The notes under the pieces are model-generated. The model was given only the letters and a program-made list of their open reading frames with translations, made no database searches and was not told where the DNA came from. The position numbers and the translations under genes were made by a program. This document shows, in pieces, positions 54,926 to 56,326 of a stretch of DNA of 56,326 bases. Numbering within the stretch: position 1 is the stretch's first letter; each line of letters begins with the position of its first letter. This DNA comes from an uncultured Gammaproteobacteria bacterium (GTDB lineage Bacteria > Patescibacteriota > Microgenomatia > Levybacterales > GWA1-39-11): the NCBI GenBank assembly GCA_964531275.1, contig CAZHDZ010000001.1, positions 10,556 to 66,881 on the forward strand, read 5' to 3'.

Positions 54926-54931
54926 TGTCAA
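54904..54931 (-). promoter_or_regulatory. Minus-strand promoter TTGACA-N16-TAATAT, 7 nt upstream of the arsR GTG 54896
   Basis: Reverse complement of 54897-54931 reads ttgacaatatattagagtatgctaatatataaatt. Confidence 0.55.
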
Positions 54932-55045
54932 TAAGTCTCTTCGTGTTCTTGATCTAGTAAGTATTCATGCTTTCATGTATGAATGAATCAATTATGTAGC
55001 AACGTAATGCTTAGAAGAGTTATGTTGTTATAAAGATAGTTGCGC

Positions 55046-55051
55046 TATACT
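55046..55051 (+). promoter_or_regulatory. -10 TATACT, exactly 6 nt upstream of ATG 55058
   Basis: Read directly. Confidence 0.45.
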
Positions 55052-55057
55052 TACTTT

Positions 55058-55903
55058 ATGAGTTGGTTTGTCCTTATTTTACTAAGTACTTTTATTGTCT
55101 CTTTTGCCAATATCTTGCAGAAGTCCTTAATGAAGGATGATAAGAGTGATCCTATTTCCTATTCAATAATATTTGCCTTTTTGCTAGGAATAATAAATTT
55201 CATAATTGCTCTATTCTTCGGATTTCATTTTCCTGCAATAAGTCTAAATCTTATTTTCTTTCCAATTGCTGCAATTCTTTGGGGACTTGGGACTGTGCTT
55301 TTTTTCAAAGCTCTACAATTATTAGAATCATCAGAAGTTACAATTCTTGCATCAGTTAGATCTTTGGTCACCATTACAGCCGCACTTCTTTTTCTTGGTG
55401 AAACTTTCAGCATTCAAAAACTTTTTGGGACGATTATAATTTTAGTCTCAATATTCATTGTTACAAATTTAAAGGGTGGAATTAAATTCAACAAAGGAAT
55501 CTATTACACATTTGGAATGGCCTTCTGTTACGGATTGGCCATTGCCTGTGATGTTGTAAATCTTCGGTCAACCGACCCGCTTTCATATTTGGCCGTAATA
55601 AATATTCTGATTGGAATTATATTGTTGCTGATTTTTCCCAAGGCAATAACAAAAATGAAAGTTCTTAAGAGCAAAAGCTTTCTTAAGAAAATGTTAGCTA
55701 TAAGTGTGTTCACTTCTGCACAAGCAATTGCGTATTACTTCGCTTTGGCAAAAGGTCCAGCATCTCAAATCGCTCCAATCGGCCAGTCTCAAGTCATATT
55801 AACAATTTTACTTGCAGCAATTATTCTGAAGGAGCGTGATAATCTGCTGCGCAAGGTGTTCGCTGCAATTTTAGTAATGATTGGAGTACTTCTTCTAAGA
55901 TAG
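55058..55903 (+). CDS. EamA/DMT-family transporter
   Basis: 10-TM two-repeat architecture. ATG 55058 is preferred over the ORF-track TTG 55040. Confidence 0.8.
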   Translation: MSWFVLILLSTFIVSFANILQKSLMKDDKSDPISYSIIFAFLLGIINFIIALFFGFHFPAISLNLIFFPIAAILWGLGTVLFFKALQLLESSEVTILASVRSLVTITAALLFLGETFSIQKLFGTIIILVSIFIVTNLKGGIKFNKGIYYTFGMAFCYGLAIACDVVNLRSTDPLSYLAVINILIGIILLLIFPKAITKMKVLKSKSFLKKMLAISVFTSAQAIAYYFALAKGPASQIAPIGQSQVILTILLAAIILKERDNLLRKVFAAILVMIGVLLLR

Positions 55904-55905
55904 TT

Positions 55906-56326
55906 CTAAGCGGCTGCGAGTAGCGGACCATGAAGTTTGTCTTCTGTTGTTAGACCTGTTTGTAGTATTTGATCTTTTAAACTATCAAATCCCTGCAATT
56001 CATCTGGAATAGAAGGATCATATTTAGTAGGAGGAGAATCAGATCTTTTTAGTGGAATAGTGTTGTTGTCTTCTGCATCCTTCTTCTCACTTTCAATAAA
56101 CTCTTGCCATGCGTTAGGATTATTGATCCAATGATCCCCCGCAATTTTATTAATTTGTTCCATATTCTGAGCAATTCCTGGAGCCATTGATTCCAAGAAC
56201 GCCTTCGCGTCTTTATATGCAAGTTCATTACTTTTTTGAAGCTCGACTCCAAGATCTAGATAGAATTTTACTTGTTCTTGATAACGAAGCACTCCGCTAT
56301 CAGCAAGAAGTGCCGAGATATGTGTT
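55906..56326 (-). CDS. Hypothetical protein, 5'-truncated by the window edge
   Basis: The reading frame stays open from 56292 to the window end (no stop in frame). No recognisable family. Confidence 0.45.
   Translation of the reverse strand, partial: THISALLADSGVLRYQEQVKFYLDLGVELQKSNELAYKDAKAFLESMAPGIAQNMEQINKIAGDHWINNPNAWQEFIESEKKDAEDNNTIPLKRSDSPPTKYDPSIPDELQGFDSLKDQILQTGLTTEDKLHGPLLAAA

Overview
AT-rich, gene-dense (about 70 CDS) chromosomal window. Gene content suggests a reduced-genome Patescibacteria/CPR-like (Microgenomates-type) bacterium; this taxonomic call is an inference. The standard genetic code applies: RF2 is present and TGA is used as a stop. Housekeeping genes: cutA, prfB, ftsEX with a coiled-coil/C39-like peptidase, tsaE-tsaC-tsaB, secDF, cca, recJ, aspS (short archaeal-type), gltX, def, msrB, dgkA and one tRNA-Gln(CTG). 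A large surface-glycan region (8.7-22.7 kb) holds rmlA/C-like/B/D-like, ugd, uxs, gmd and rmd-like genes, a GT2-GtrA fusion and a GT-C enzyme. Three more GT-C/DUF2079 membrane proteins lie elsewhere. The right end (45-56 kb) looks accessory: orphan proteins, small XRE/HTH-membrane modules, a Met-rich membrane thioredoxin and an ArsR-glutaredoxin-rhodanese-DUF2202 operon. No CRISPR array, integrase, transposase, rRNA or recognisable defence system was seen. The most notable signals are sequence-level. (1) A -10 box, often TGn-extended, sits exactly 6-7 nt upstream of many start codons with no Shine-Dalgarno, implying widespread leaderless mRNAs. (2) A promoter plus a ~128-nt leader with two terminator-like hairpins precedes an orphan gene, divergent from aspS. 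(3) A 161-bp long imperfect inverted-repeat element with mutually exclusive internal pairings lies in the 300-bp gap after the ftsEX operon. (4) A canonical tRNA-Gln is followed by a near-identical copy with a ~23-nt hairpin insertion in the D-loop and an unpairable acceptor stem. (5) Several perfect short duplications sit at gene boundaries. (6) Two closely spaced (7-nt gap) orphan proteins lie at 51.8-53.4 kb. All protein calls come from motif reading of the supplied translations; no database search was run.
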